Shown in pieces: positions 56,351-64,000 of a stretch of DNA of 64,000 bases; the first letter of the stretch is position 1, and each line of letters starts with the position of its first letter. The translations under genes and the position numbers were made by a program. This DNA is from an uncultured Thermoanaerobaculia bacterium (lineage in GTDB: Bacteria > Acidobacteriota > Thermoanaerobaculia > Thermoanaerobaculales > Sulfomarinibacteraceae): assembly GCA_964420405.1 (NCBI GenBank), contig CAYQTL010000005.1, positions 8,548-72,547 on the forward strand. The letters run 5' to 3'. Below the pieces are notes generated by a model that had not been told where the DNA came from, ran no database searches, and saw nothing but the letters and a program-made list of their open reading frames with translations.

Positions 56351-57208
56351 ATGGACGTGGTCCGGACGGTCGCCGCCGCGCGGGACCGCCGCCGGGCGGA
56401 CCGCGGAGCGGGCCGGCGGGTGGCGCTGGTACCGACCATGGGAGCGCTCCACGACGGCCATCTTTCCCTCGTCCGGCGCGCCGGCGAGCTGGCCGACTCG
56501 GTGTGGGCGTCGGTGTTCGTCAACCCCGCCCAGTTCGGTCCCGGCGAGGACTTCGAGCGCTACCCGCGCAGCCTCGACCGCGACCTCGAGCTGCTCGCGG
56601 CGGCCGGCGCCGCAGTGGTGTTCGCACCCAGCACGAGCGAGATGTACCCACGTCCTCCGGTGGTGTCGATCTCGTTCGAACCCCTCGACCGACCGCTGTG
56701 CGGCGCCCACCGGCCCGGCCACTTCGCCGGCGTCGGCCTGGTGGTGGCGAAGCTGCTTCACATCGTGGAGCCCGACGTCGCCGTATTCGGCCAGAAGGAC
56801 GCCCAGCAGGCGCTGCTGATCCGCAGGCTGGTGGCCGATCTCGACCTTCCGGTCGAGATCGAGGTCGCCCCCACGGTACGCGAGCCCGACGGCGTCGCCA
56901 TGAGCTCCCGCAACGCCTTGCTCGCGCCGCAGGACCGACGGGCGGCGCCGGCGCTGTTCCAGGCCCTGCAGGCCGGCCGGCGACTGGTCGAGGCGGGCGA
57001 GCGCGACCCGGCGGCAGTCACCGCCGCCATGCGGGCGGTCGTCGCCGCCGAGCCCCGGCTCGAGCTCGACTACGCCGAGTGCGTCGACCGCGAGGACCTG
57101 TCCACCCCCGCCACGGTCACCGGCCCGGTCCTGCTCGCTGTCGCCGCCCGCGCAGGCGGCACCCGCCTGATCGACAACCTGCCGGTCGACCCCCCGCCGG
57201 AGAGCTGA
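56351..57208 (+). CDS. panC: Pantoate--beta-alanine ligase
   Basis: [52 protein letters not shown]. Confidence 0.96.
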   Translation: MDVVRTVAAARDRRRADRGAGRRVALVPTMGALHDGHLSLVRRAGELADSVWASVFVNPAQFGPGEDFERYPRSLDRDLELLAAAGAAVVFAPSTSEMYPRPPVVSISFEPLDRPLCGAHRPGHFAGVGLVVAKLLHIVEPDVAVFGQKDAQQALLIRRLVADLDLPVEIEVAPTVREPDGVAMSSRNALLAPQDRRAAPALFQALQAGRRLVEAGERDPAAVTAAMRAVVAAEPRLELDYAECVDREDLSTPATVTGPVLLAVAARAGGTRLIDNLPVDPPPES

Positions 57209-57209
57209 G

Positions 57210-57599
57210 ATGCTGCTGCGCACCTTCCTCAGAGCCAAGATCCACCGCGCCACGGTGACCGCCGCCGACCTGGACTACGTCGGCTCCGTCACCGTCGACG
57301 CCGACCTCTTGGATGCCGCTGACGTCGACCACCTCGAGCAGGTCGAGGTGTACGACATCACCAACGGCGCCCGCCTGACGACCTACGCCCTGCGCGGCCG
57401 GCGCGGCTCCGGCGAGATCCAGATCAACGGCGCCGCCGCCCATCTCGTGCGACCAGGCGACCTGGTCATCCTCGCCGCCTATGCCCAGCTCGACCGCACG
57501 GAGGTCGCCGGCCACGTCGCCCGGGTGGTGCTGGTCGACCCCTCGAACCGCGTCACCGAGGTGCGGGAGATGGGGCCGGGGGGTGCGGCGGAGGAGTAG
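57210..57599 (+). CDS. panD: Aspartate 1-decarboxylase
   Basis: [29 protein letters not shown] (G-S self-cleavage site), INGAAAH. Confidence 0.96.
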   Translation: MLLRTFLRAKIHRATVTAADLDYVGSVTVDADLLDAADVDHLEQVEVYDITNGARLTTYALRGRRGSGEIQINGAAAHLVRPGDLVILAAYAQLDRTEVAGHVARVVLVDPSNRVTEVREMGPGGAAEE

Positions 57600-57617
57600 C
57601 GACCGGCTGTAGGATTC

Positions 57618-57788
57618 TCCCGCGTCCGCGCCCGTGTCCGTGCCCGGCGCGGCGGCAGACCGCAGCGCCGCCGACGGCTCCCACGATCCCGGTGACCACC
57701 GGCGCTGCCGCTGCCGCTGACACTCACGTCTGCCGCTGATCCCGTTGCTGCGCCCGCATCGGGCACGGACGGGGGCACGGACGCGGGA
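57618..57788 (+). repeat. 29-nt imperfect inverted repeat (C-rich arm 57618-57646, G-rich arm 57760-57788) bracketing 113 nt of the serS leader
   Basis: Position-by-position pairing gives 26 Watson-Crick pairs plus 1 G-U out of 29. Both arms have hexamer periodicity related to the GGGATC family. Confidence 0.85.
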
Positions 57789-57857
57789 ATCGGGGGCAAC
57801 CGACGCCACCGCGACGACGGTCGTGTACCATCTCCCCTCCGACGAGGAGGAGGCCCG

Positions 57858-59147
57858 ATGCTGCCCCGCGAGCTGCTGCGCACCGACCCGGACCGGATCC
57901 GCCGGATGCTGGCCGAGCGCCACACCGACGCGCCCTTCGACCGCCTGCTGGAGGTGGATGGGCAGTGGCGCTCGCTGGTGGTCGAGATCGAGGACCTGAA
58001 GGCGCGGCGCAACGCGGGCTCGAAGGAGATCGGCGAGCTGTACCGGCAGGGACGGCGGCAGGAGGCGGACGAGCGCAAGGCGGAGATGGGCCGGATCGGG
58101 GACGAGGTCAAGGCCGTGGAGGGCCGCGTCGTCGAGCTCGAGGCGGAGCTGAAGCGGCTCGAGCTGGAGATCCCCAACCTTCCTGACCCGCGGGTCCCGG
58201 TCGGTCGTGACGAGGGCGCCAACCGCGAGGAGCGCCGGTGGGGGACGCCGCCGTCGTTCGACTTCGAGCCGCAGGCCCACTGGGACCTCGGCCCAGCGCT
58301 CGGCATCCTCGACTTCGAGGCCGGCGTGCGGGTCGCCGGCGCCCGGTTCGCGGTCCTGCGTGGGGCGGGTGCCGCGCTGGAACGCGCCCTGGCTGCGTTC
58401 ATGCTCGACCTGCACACCCGGGAGCACGGCTACACCGAGGTGCTGCCACCCTACCTGGTCCACGCAGCGGCGCTGGAGGGGACCGGCCAGCTGCCGAAGT
58501 TCGCCGACGACCTGTTCCGGGTCGAGGGCGCCGACCTCTACCTCGTGCCGACCGCGGAGGTGCCGGTCACCAACCTCCACCGGGAGCAGATCCTCGCCGC
58601 CGACGAGCTGCCGGTCCGCTACTGCGCGTGGACCCCCTGCTTCCGTGCCGAGGCCGGCTCGTACGGCCAGGACGTCCGAGGCCTGATCCGCCAGCACCAG
58701 TTCCACAAGGTGGAGCTGGTGCAGCTGGTCGAGCCGGAGCGGTCGGACGCCGCCCTCGACGAGCTCACGGGCCACGCGGAGGCGGTCCTGCAGCGGCTCG
58801 GCCTGCCGTACCGGGTGGTCAGCCTGGCGACCGGTGACCTCGGGTTCTCGGCCGCGATCACCTACGATCTCGAGGTGTGGCTGCCCGGCCAGCAGCGGTA
58901 CCGCGAGATCTCGTCGTGCTCCTGCTTCGCCGACTTCCAGGCCCGTCGCGCCCGGCTGCGCTACCGGCCCGGCGACGGCGGCAGGCCCCGGTTCCTGCAC
59001 ACCCTCAACGGCTCGGGGCTCGCGATCGGCCGGACGATGGTCGCGATCCTGGAGAACTACCAGCGACCCGACGGATCGGTGGTCGTGCCGGAGCCCCTGC
59101 GGCCCTACCTCGGGGGGCTCGACGAGATCCGTCCCGCGACCGGCTGA
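57858..59147 (+). CDS. serS: Serine--tRNA ligase
   Basis: N-terminal coiled-coil arm, [21 protein letters not shown]. 429 aa. Confidence 0.96.
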   Translation: MLPRELLRTDPDRIRRMLAERHTDAPFDRLLEVDGQWRSLVVEIEDLKARRNAGSKEIGELYRQGRRQEADERKAEMGRIGDEVKAVEGRVVELEAELKRLELEIPNLPDPRVPVGRDEGANREERRWGTPPSFDFEPQAHWDLGPALGILDFEAGVRVAGARFAVLRGAGAALERALAAFMLDLHTREHGYTEVLPPYLVHAAALEGTGQLPKFADDLFRVEGADLYLVPTAEVPVTNLHREQILAADELPVRYCAWTPCFRAEAGSYGQDVRGLIRQHQFHKVELVQLVEPERSDAALDELTGHAEAVLQRLGLPYRVVSLATGDLGFSAAITYDLEVWLPGQQRYREISSCSCFADFQARRARLRYRPGDGGRPRFLHTLNGSGLAIGRTMVAILENYQRPDGSVVVPEPLRPYLGGLDEIRPATG

Positions 59148-59165
59148 ACGGCCCGCCGCGGGAGT

Positions 59166-59744
59166 TCAGGCCGCGCTCGGCGGCAGCTCCAGCTCGCCGG
59201 CGATCCGAGCCATCGCGTCACGCACGAACGCGACGTGCGCGTCGAGCTCGACGCCGAGCTCCGCGGCGCCGCGCCGCACGTCGTCGCGGTTCACCCCTCG
59301 CGCGAACGCCTTGTCCTTGAGCTTCTTCTTCACCGACTTCACCTGGACTTCGGCGATCGCCCTGTCGGGGCGCACCAGCGCGCAGGCGGTCAGGAAGCCG
59401 CACAGCTCGTCGACGGCGAACAGGGTCCGAGCGGCCAGCGAGTCCCGCGGCACCCCCATGTAGTCGGCGTGGGAGGCGACGATCCGCACCCACTCCTCGG
59501 GCCAGCCGCGCTGCCGCAGGATCCCGCAGCCGACGTGCAGGTGGGTGTCCTCGGTCGGGTTCCGCTGGTAGTCGAAGTCGTGGACCAGGCCGATCGTCCC
59601 CCACGCGTCCGGGTCCTCGCCGAACCGCTCGGCGTACGCCCGCATCGCCGCCTCGACCGCCAGCCCATGCTTGAGCAGGCTCGGGTTGTCGGTGAACTCC
59701 GTCAGCAACGCCCAGCCGTCGTCCCGCGTCGGTCGTCCGCTCAT
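59166..59744 (-). CDS. HD domain phosphohydrolase
   Basis: LLKHGLAVEAAMRAYA...GLVHDFDY...HADY. SD GGGAGG lies 5 nt upstream of ATG 59744. Confidence 0.85.
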   Translation of the reverse strand: MSGRPTRDDGWALLTEFTDNPSLLKHGLAVEAAMRAYAERFGEDPDAWGTIGLVHDFDYQRNPTEDTHLHVGCGILRQRGWPEEWVRIVASHADYMGVPRDSLAARTLFAVDELCGFLTACALVRPDRAIAEVQVKSVKKKLKDKAFARGVNRDDVRRGAAELGVELDAHVAFVRDAMARIAGELELPPSAA

Positions 59745-59779
59745 GCCGCCTCCCGGCCCCACGGTACACGAGTCGGCGT

Positions 59780-59829
59780 CCCGTTCCCGATCCCGTTCCC
59801 GATCCCGATCCCGATCCCGATCCCGACGA
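59780..59829 (-). repeat. Longest hexamer array: TCGTC-(GGGATC)4-GGGAAC-GGGATC-GGGAAC-GGGAC on the HD-gene sense strand
   Basis: Eight evenly spaced G3 tracts (59780-59824 on the plus strand as CCC), ending about 35 nt upstream of the HD-protein ATG. Confidence 0.9.
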
Positions 59830-60092
59830 CATCGTGTCTCCGCGACAGCGACACCGACGCACCCCCGTGGTGGACGGGACCGTCCCCTCCCGCAGACCCG
59901 GCCCGTTCCTCGAAGGCCCCGGGGTTCACACCCGGCCGTCTGCAGGCCGGTCCGGACCCCGGCGGCGGGTCACCCGCCGCCCTACCGGGTGACCCACGCC
60001 ATCGCCGGCAACGGCTGCGGCCCACCGGGGGGCCGGATGACGGTCATACGACATTTTGATAGGCTTTTCCGACGCATTTCGCAGAACAGCGC

Positions 60093-60121
60093 TTGACAGA
60101 TGCCGAAATCGACCCCAGAAT
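60093..60121 (+). promoter_or_regulatory. Candidate sigma70-type glnA promoter TTGACA-17 nt-CAGAAT
   Basis: TTGACA at 60093-60098 and CAGAAT at 60116-60121, in a locally AT-richer stretch about 30 nt upstream of the glnA ATG. SD GAAGGGA follows. Confidence 0.5.
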
Positions 60122-60151
60122 CCGCCGAACGACACCCGAAGGGACGTCACT

Positions 60152-61483
60152 ATGCCGACCAAGCCCAAGGATCTCCTCGCCACCGCGAAGGACGCGAACG
60201 TCCACTTCCTGCGCCTCCAGTTCACCGACATCGACGGCATCATCAAGAACGTGGAGGTGCCCGAGAGCCAGTTCGAGAAGGCTCTCGACGGCCAGATCAT
60301 GTTCGACGGCTCCTCGATCGAGGGCTTCACCCGGATCGAGGAGTCCGACATGCTGCTCGTGCCCGACCTGGAGACGTTCCAGGTCTTCCCGTGGGAGACC
60401 GGCCACGGCAAGGTCGGACGGTTGGTGTGCGACATCGCCAACCCCGACGGTTCGCCGTTCGCCGGCTGCCCGCGGACCGCCCTGCGGCGGGTGTGCGAGC
60501 GAGCCGCCGCGGCCGGGTACAGGATGATGGCCGGGCCGGAGGCCGAGTTCTTCCTGTTCCAGCGCGACGGCAACGGCCGTCCGACCGCCGTGACCCACGA
60601 CTCCGGAGGCTACTTCGACCTCACGCCGGTGGACCTCGGCGAAGAGGCCCGCCGGGACATCACGCTCGCCCTCGAGGCGATGGGGTTCGAGGTCGAGGCA
60701 GCGCACCACGAGGTCGCGCCGGGCCAGCACGAGATCGACTTCAAGTACGACGACGCCGTCACCACCGCCGACGCCATCGTCACCTTCCGGTTCGTGGTCA
60801 AGAAGGTCGCGCAGATGCACGATCTGCACGCGACCTTCATGCCGAAGCCGCTGGCCGGGGTCAACGGCTCGGGGATGCACACCCACCAGTCGCTGTTCAC
60901 GAAGACGGGCGACAACGCCTTCTACGACCCGAAGGGTGAGTGGGAGCTGTCCGACGTCGCGCGCGGCTACATCGGCGGGCTGCTCGAGCACGCCCGCGCG
61001 TTCGTCGCCATCACCAACCCGCTGGTCAACTCGTACAAGCGGCTCGTGCCGGGGTACGAGGCCCCTGTCAACGTCGCCTGGTCGGAGAAGAACCGCTCGC
61101 CCATGATCCGCGTGCCCGCACGCCGTGGCGTCGGTACCCGCTGCGAGGTGCGGATCCCGGATCCCTCCTGCAACCCCTACCTCGCGTTCGCGGCGATGCT
61201 GGCCAGCGGCCTCGACGGCATCGAGCGCGGCCTCGACTGCGGCGCACCGGTCAACCGCAACATCTTCGCGATGTCCCAGCGTGAGAAGCGGCGGCTCAAG
61301 ATCCACGCCCTGCCGGCCAGCCTCGCCGAGGCGCTCGACTTCCTGGAACGGGACGCGGTCCTGCGCGCCGCCCTCGGCAATCACATCTTCGACCACTTCC
61401 TCTACAACAAGCGGATCGAGTGGGCCGAGTACATCAAGGAGATCCACGACTGGGAGCTCGACCGCTACCTCGACCGCTACTGA
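60152..61483 (+). CDS. glnA: Glutamine synthetase, type I
   Basis: FLRLQFTDIDGIIKNVEVP, FDGSSIEGF, EAEFFLF, HHEVAPGQHEIDF, KPLAGVNGSGMHTHQS, NSYKRLVPGYEAP, NRSPMIRVP. 443 aa. Confidence 0.96.
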   Translation: MPTKPKDLLATAKDANVHFLRLQFTDIDGIIKNVEVPESQFEKALDGQIMFDGSSIEGFTRIEESDMLLVPDLETFQVFPWETGHGKVGRLVCDIANPDGSPFAGCPRTALRRVCERAAAAGYRMMAGPEAEFFLFQRDGNGRPTAVTHDSGGYFDLTPVDLGEEARRDITLALEAMGFEVEAAHHEVAPGQHEIDFKYDDAVTTADAIVTFRFVVKKVAQMHDLHATFMPKPLAGVNGSGMHTHQSLFTKTGDNAFYDPKGEWELSDVARGYIGGLLEHARAFVAITNPLVNSYKRLVPGYEAPVNVAWSEKNRSPMIRVPARRGVGTRCEVRIPDPSCNPYLAFAAMLASGLDGIERGLDCGAPVNRNIFAMSQREKRRLKIHALPASLAEALDFLERDAVLRAALGNHIFDHFLYNKRIEWAEYIKEIHDWELDRYLDRY

Positions 61484-61486
61484 TCC

Positions 61487-61509
61487 GAGCGCGCCTCGGA
61501 GGCGCGCTC
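61487..61509 (+). terminator. GC hairpin immediately after the glnA stop (no U-tract)
   Basis: GAGCGCGCC-UCGGA-GGCGCGCUC, 9-bp stem, 4 nt after the TGA. Confidence 0.35.
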
Positions 61510-61537
61510 GAGAGGGTTGGATGAGAGCAGGACGCAC

Positions 61538-61565
61538 ACGAACGGCGCCATGAGGCGCCGTTCGT
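61538..61565 (+). terminator. Intrinsic terminator-like hairpin downstream of glnA
   Basis: ACGAACGGCGCC-AUGA-GGCGCCGUUCGU (12-bp stem) followed by CGUUGUUGG. Confidence 0.55.
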
Positions 61566-62135
61566 CGTTGTTGGACGGAGGCCCCGGCGGCGGTGCCAGC
61601 TCATCAGCCAGGACGACACCCCATCAGCCACAGGATCGGCGGGCAGCCGCGGCGCATGGTCACCTCCGGCTGCTGGTCCACGCCGGAGCCGTGGACCGGC
61701 GGCGGGCCGGGGCGGTTCTCGACCTGTTCGACCAGGTCCGGGCGATGACCTGGCGGCTGCTCCACCCGCGGGGGGAGCACCGCCGCTGCACTGTGGTCAG
61801 AGATGGCCGCGCATCGGCGCGCGGAGGGCCTCCGACCCGCGTTTCGATCCAGCGACGCGTCACGGAGCCACTCGTGCGGGACGATCAGGTATTCAGACGA
61901 CGTCCCGTCGGCGAGCTCAGCGGGCGACGGAGTCGCACGCGAAGTCGCCGAGGGTGGGTGGTGGCGGGGCGGTGGGCGGGACCGACACGAGCATCTCCTT
62001 CCCGGTCGACTGGGCGATCCCCGGCCACCCGCGGAGCGGGGCACGGCGGCGGGCGGCGGTCGGGCGGAGCCGCCGCGGGCGCGGGCGCCGGGCCCGCGCC
62101 GGCCGGGGTCTCGCGCGCTCCAGGGTTGCGGCCGC

Positions 62136-62167
62136 CATCGGGATCGGGATCGGGAACGGGATCGGAG
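62136..62167 (+). repeat. Hexamer array CATC-GGGATC-GGGATC-GGGAAC-GGGATC-GGAG on the plus (sense) strand upstream of CDS 62208
   Basis: Four G3 tracts at 62140-62160, 47 nt upstream of ATG 62208. Same unit and same sense-strand orientation as the minus-strand copies. Confidence 0.9.
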
Positions 62168-62207
62168 CTTGAGGCGGTGCTAGGCTCGCAGGCCGGGGGG
62201 AGGGGAC

Positions 62208-62735
62208 ATGAGCCGATACCACGAGATGTCGAAGGAGGAGCTGCTGCGGGCGCTGGAGATGTTCGCCAAGAACTGGCTGGCGCACGACGGCTGCTGGTTC
62301 CTCGCCGCCGAGCAGCGCCACGGCATGGACGAGGCGATGGTGCTGGACGCCGAGGCGTGGCGGCGGTTCGCCGCGGCCGAGGCGGGACGGATCGTCACCG
62401 GCTTCGGGCTGCCGCGGGGAGGCGGGCTCGAGGCGCTCGAGGAGGCCTTCGGCCTGCGGATGTACGCCCTGATCAACCGCCAGCACGTCGAGTGGTCGGA
62501 GGACCGCCGCCGGCTCCGGCTGGTGACGGACACCTGCCGGGTGCAGGAGACCCGCCGCCGCAAGGGCCTGGCGGACTTCCCGTGCCGGCCCGTGGGCGAG
62601 GTCGAGTTCGGCACCTTCGCGAGCACCGTCGACCCGCGCCTGCAGACCGCCTGCGTCCACTGTCCGCCCGACGCGCCGGAAGGGAAGTACTGCGCGTGGG
62701 AGTTCTGGTTGGACGATGCGGCCGAGCAGCCGTGA
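62208..62735 (+). CDS. Hypothetical cytosolic Cys-containing protein (possibly DUF6125-like; family from memory only)
   Basis: MSRYHEMSKEELLRALEMFAKNWLAHDGCWFLAAEQ... SD GGGGGGAGGGG upstream. Codon third positions are strongly G/C. Confidence 0.7.
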   Translation: MSRYHEMSKEELLRALEMFAKNWLAHDGCWFLAAEQRHGMDEAMVLDAEAWRRFAAAEAGRIVTGFGLPRGGGLEALEEAFGLRMYALINRQHVEWSEDRRRLRLVTDTCRVQETRRRKGLADFPCRPVGEVEFGTFASTVDPRLQTACVHCPPDAPEGKYCAWEFWLDDAAEQP

Positions 62736-63789
62736 CCGTTCGGGACCGACGCCCGGCGCCCTCGCCGAGGCGCTGTTCTCCCTGTCCGAGCAGGAGCCTC
62801 CCGGCGACCGGCGGGTGGCGCTGCTGAAGGCGGGCTACGCCGCCTTCGATGCCCCCCAGTCCGCCGGACGGGCGGCCATGGCGACCTCGCCGGACTGGCT
62901 CAAGCCGCTGGTGTCGCAGCTGCTCGCCTGCCACGGGACCGACGCCCTCGAGGCGGCGGTCCAGCGCCTCGGTGCCGGCGCCCGGCCCCGTCGGCGGGCG
63001 ACGCGGGCCGGCTACCTGTCCCGCGCCGAGGTGGCGGGCGTCGTCCAGGCCGGGCCCGAGCACCTCCGTCCCGAGCGGCTGCGGGGTGCGATCCACTGGC
63101 ACACCTCCGCGTCGGACGGCGCCGCGAGCCTCGAGCGGATGGCGCGGGCCTGCCAGCGGCGGGGCGTCACCTGGGCGATGGTGTCCGACCACTCCCGGGG
63201 GCTCGAGGTGGCGTCGGGTCTCGACCGGGAGGGCGTCCGCCTGCAGCGGCGGGCGGTGGAGGCCTGGAACCGGCGCCACGGTGACGAGCTGCGACTCGTC
63301 CAGGGGCTCGAGGTGGAGGTCCTGGAGGACGGGACGCTCGACGTGCCGGCCGGCGAGCGTCTCGAGGTCGACTGCGTGCTGGCCGCGGTCCACCGTCACT
63401 TCGACCCCGACCGCGACCAGACCGAGCGGCTGCTGCGTGCGGTGGCGACCCCCGGCGTGCACGTCCTCGCCCACCCCCGCGGCCGCCAGTTCCACCACCG
63501 CCCCGGCCTTCGGGCGGGCTGGGAGCGGGTGTTCACCGCCTGCGCCGAGCACGAGGTGGCGGTCGAGATCAACGGCTTCCCGCGGCGCCAGGACCTCGAC
63601 TGGGACCTGGCGCGGCTGGCCGTGGAGGCCGGCTGCGAGGTGGTGCTGGCCTCCGACGCCCACGCACCGCACCATCTCGAGTTCGACGCCTACGCCTGCG
63701 CCATCGCGGCCCGCGCCGGGGTGCCACGCGACCGGGTGCTCAACCTCCTCCACCCGGAGGAGGTCGACCTCTGGTTGGCCGGACGCTGA
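62716..63789 (+). CDS. PHP-domain metal-dependent phosphoesterase (PolX C-terminal-like)
   Basis: IHWHTSASDG...MVSDHS...LAHPRG...VEINGFPRRQDLD...VLASDAH. The start may be downstream of 62716. Confidence 0.75.
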   Translation: MRPSSRDRSGPTPGALAEALFSLSEQEPPGDRRVALLKAGYAAFDAPQSAGRAAMATSPDWLKPLVSQLLACHGTDALEAAVQRLGAGARPRRRATRAGYLSRAEVAGVVQAGPEHLRPERLRGAIHWHTSASDGAASLERMARACQRRGVTWAMVSDHSRGLEVASGLDREGVRLQRRAVEAWNRRHGDELRLVQGLEVEVLEDGTLDVPAGERLEVDCVLAAVHRHFDPDRDQTERLLRAVATPGVHVLAHPRGRQFHHRPGLRAGWERVFTACAEHEVAVEINGFPRRQDLDWDLARLAVEAGCEVVLASDAHAPHHLEFDAYACAIAARAGVPRDRVLNLLHPEEVDLWLAGR

Positions 63790-63802
63790 CGCCGATCGGC
63801 GC

Positions 63803-64000
63803 TCAGTACAGGGGGAATCGCGACGTCAGCCCGTGGACATCGGCGCGCACGGCGTCGATCCCGGCCCGGAACGCCGCCATCGTCGCGTCGTCCTCGCTGT
63901 CCTCGTCGAGGCGCAGCACGCGGTCGATCAGGTCGCCGACGGCGCGCATCTCCTCCGGCCCCATGCCGCGGCTGGTGACGGCCGGCGTCCCGATCCGCAG
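63803..64000 (-). CDS. glyA: Serine hydroxymethyltransferase, C-terminal fragment (gene continues beyond the window)
   Basis: Reverse translation gives [29 protein letters not shown]...FPLY-stop, the typical GlyA C-terminus. Not in the ORF track because the start lies outside the window. Confidence 0.8.
   Translation of the reverse strand: MRIGTPAVTSRGMGPEEMRAVGDLIDRVLRLDEDSEDDATMAAFRAGIDAVRADVHGLTSRFPLY

Noticed and set aside
59218-59862. Dipeptide-repeat proteins (GSGSGSGS, RDRDRD, PDPDPD, IPIPIP) in ORFs crossing the hexamer arrays at 26.6, 32.6, 46.0, 59.8 and 62.1 kb
   Set aside because: These are just the three reading frames of (GGGATC)n or its complement inside spurious ORFs. Only the ubiE tail is attached to a real gene, and that is reported separately.
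60122-60151. Glutamine riboswitch (glnA RNA motif) upstream of glnA
   Set aside because: With the predicted TTGACA/CAGAAT promoter the leader is only about 25-30 nt, too short for the three-stem motif. No E-loop consensus was recognised further upstream.

Overview
Very GC-rich bacterial chromosomal segment made almost entirely of housekeeping genes, tightly packed. About 16 gene junctions use 1- or 4-nt start/stop overlaps of the ATGA, GTGA or TGATG type. I found no mobile elements, CRISPR arrays, prophage genes or recognisable defence systems.

Gene content:
- Translation: thrS-rpmI-rplT-pheS-pheT (no infC), aspS, hisS, serS, selB, tadA, truA, def, two tRNA-Val and two tRNA-Ser.
- Cell division, RNA decay and repair: zapB-zapA, rny-ymdB, divIVA, recN.
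- Envelope: slt, uppS-cdsA-dxr-rseP, a PASTA protein, bamD, a LysM protein, a GT9 heptosyltransferase, and GT4/GT-C-like genes with a carbamoyltransferase.
- Cofactors: coaE, folD, ubiE, ubiX-ubiA, panBCD.
- Other: glnA, trxB, erpA, comEA and a partial glyA.

The mix of BamD and heptosyltransferase with RNase Y, YmdB, DivIVA and PASTA suggests a high-GC diderm outside the classical Proteobacteria. That is inference only.

Many long ORFs in the supplied track are antisense or off-frame shadow ORFs (Arg/Pro/Gly-rich) and were discarded. Starts were re-picked inside long ORFs from recognisable N-termini, Shine-Dalgarno (SD) sequences and overlap junctions.

Main observations:
1. A dispersed family of (GGGATC)n hexamer arrays, G-quadruplex-capable and GATC-dense. 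The G-rich strand always matches the sense strand of the downstream gene, and the arrays sit just upstream of start codons: five canonical copies plus about five degenerate ones.
2. Three tandem DnaA-box-like 9-mers next to an unusually AT-rich patch.
3. A ~183-nt structured element directly downstream of zapA, the classical 6S RNA position.
4. A tRNA-Val terminator hairpin about 20 nt upstream of thrS.
5. A 29-nt inverted pair of hexamer arrays in the serS leader.
6. An unannotated stretch with a coding-like signature downstream of glnA.

All calls come from reading the sequence and recalling protein families. No database search was run.
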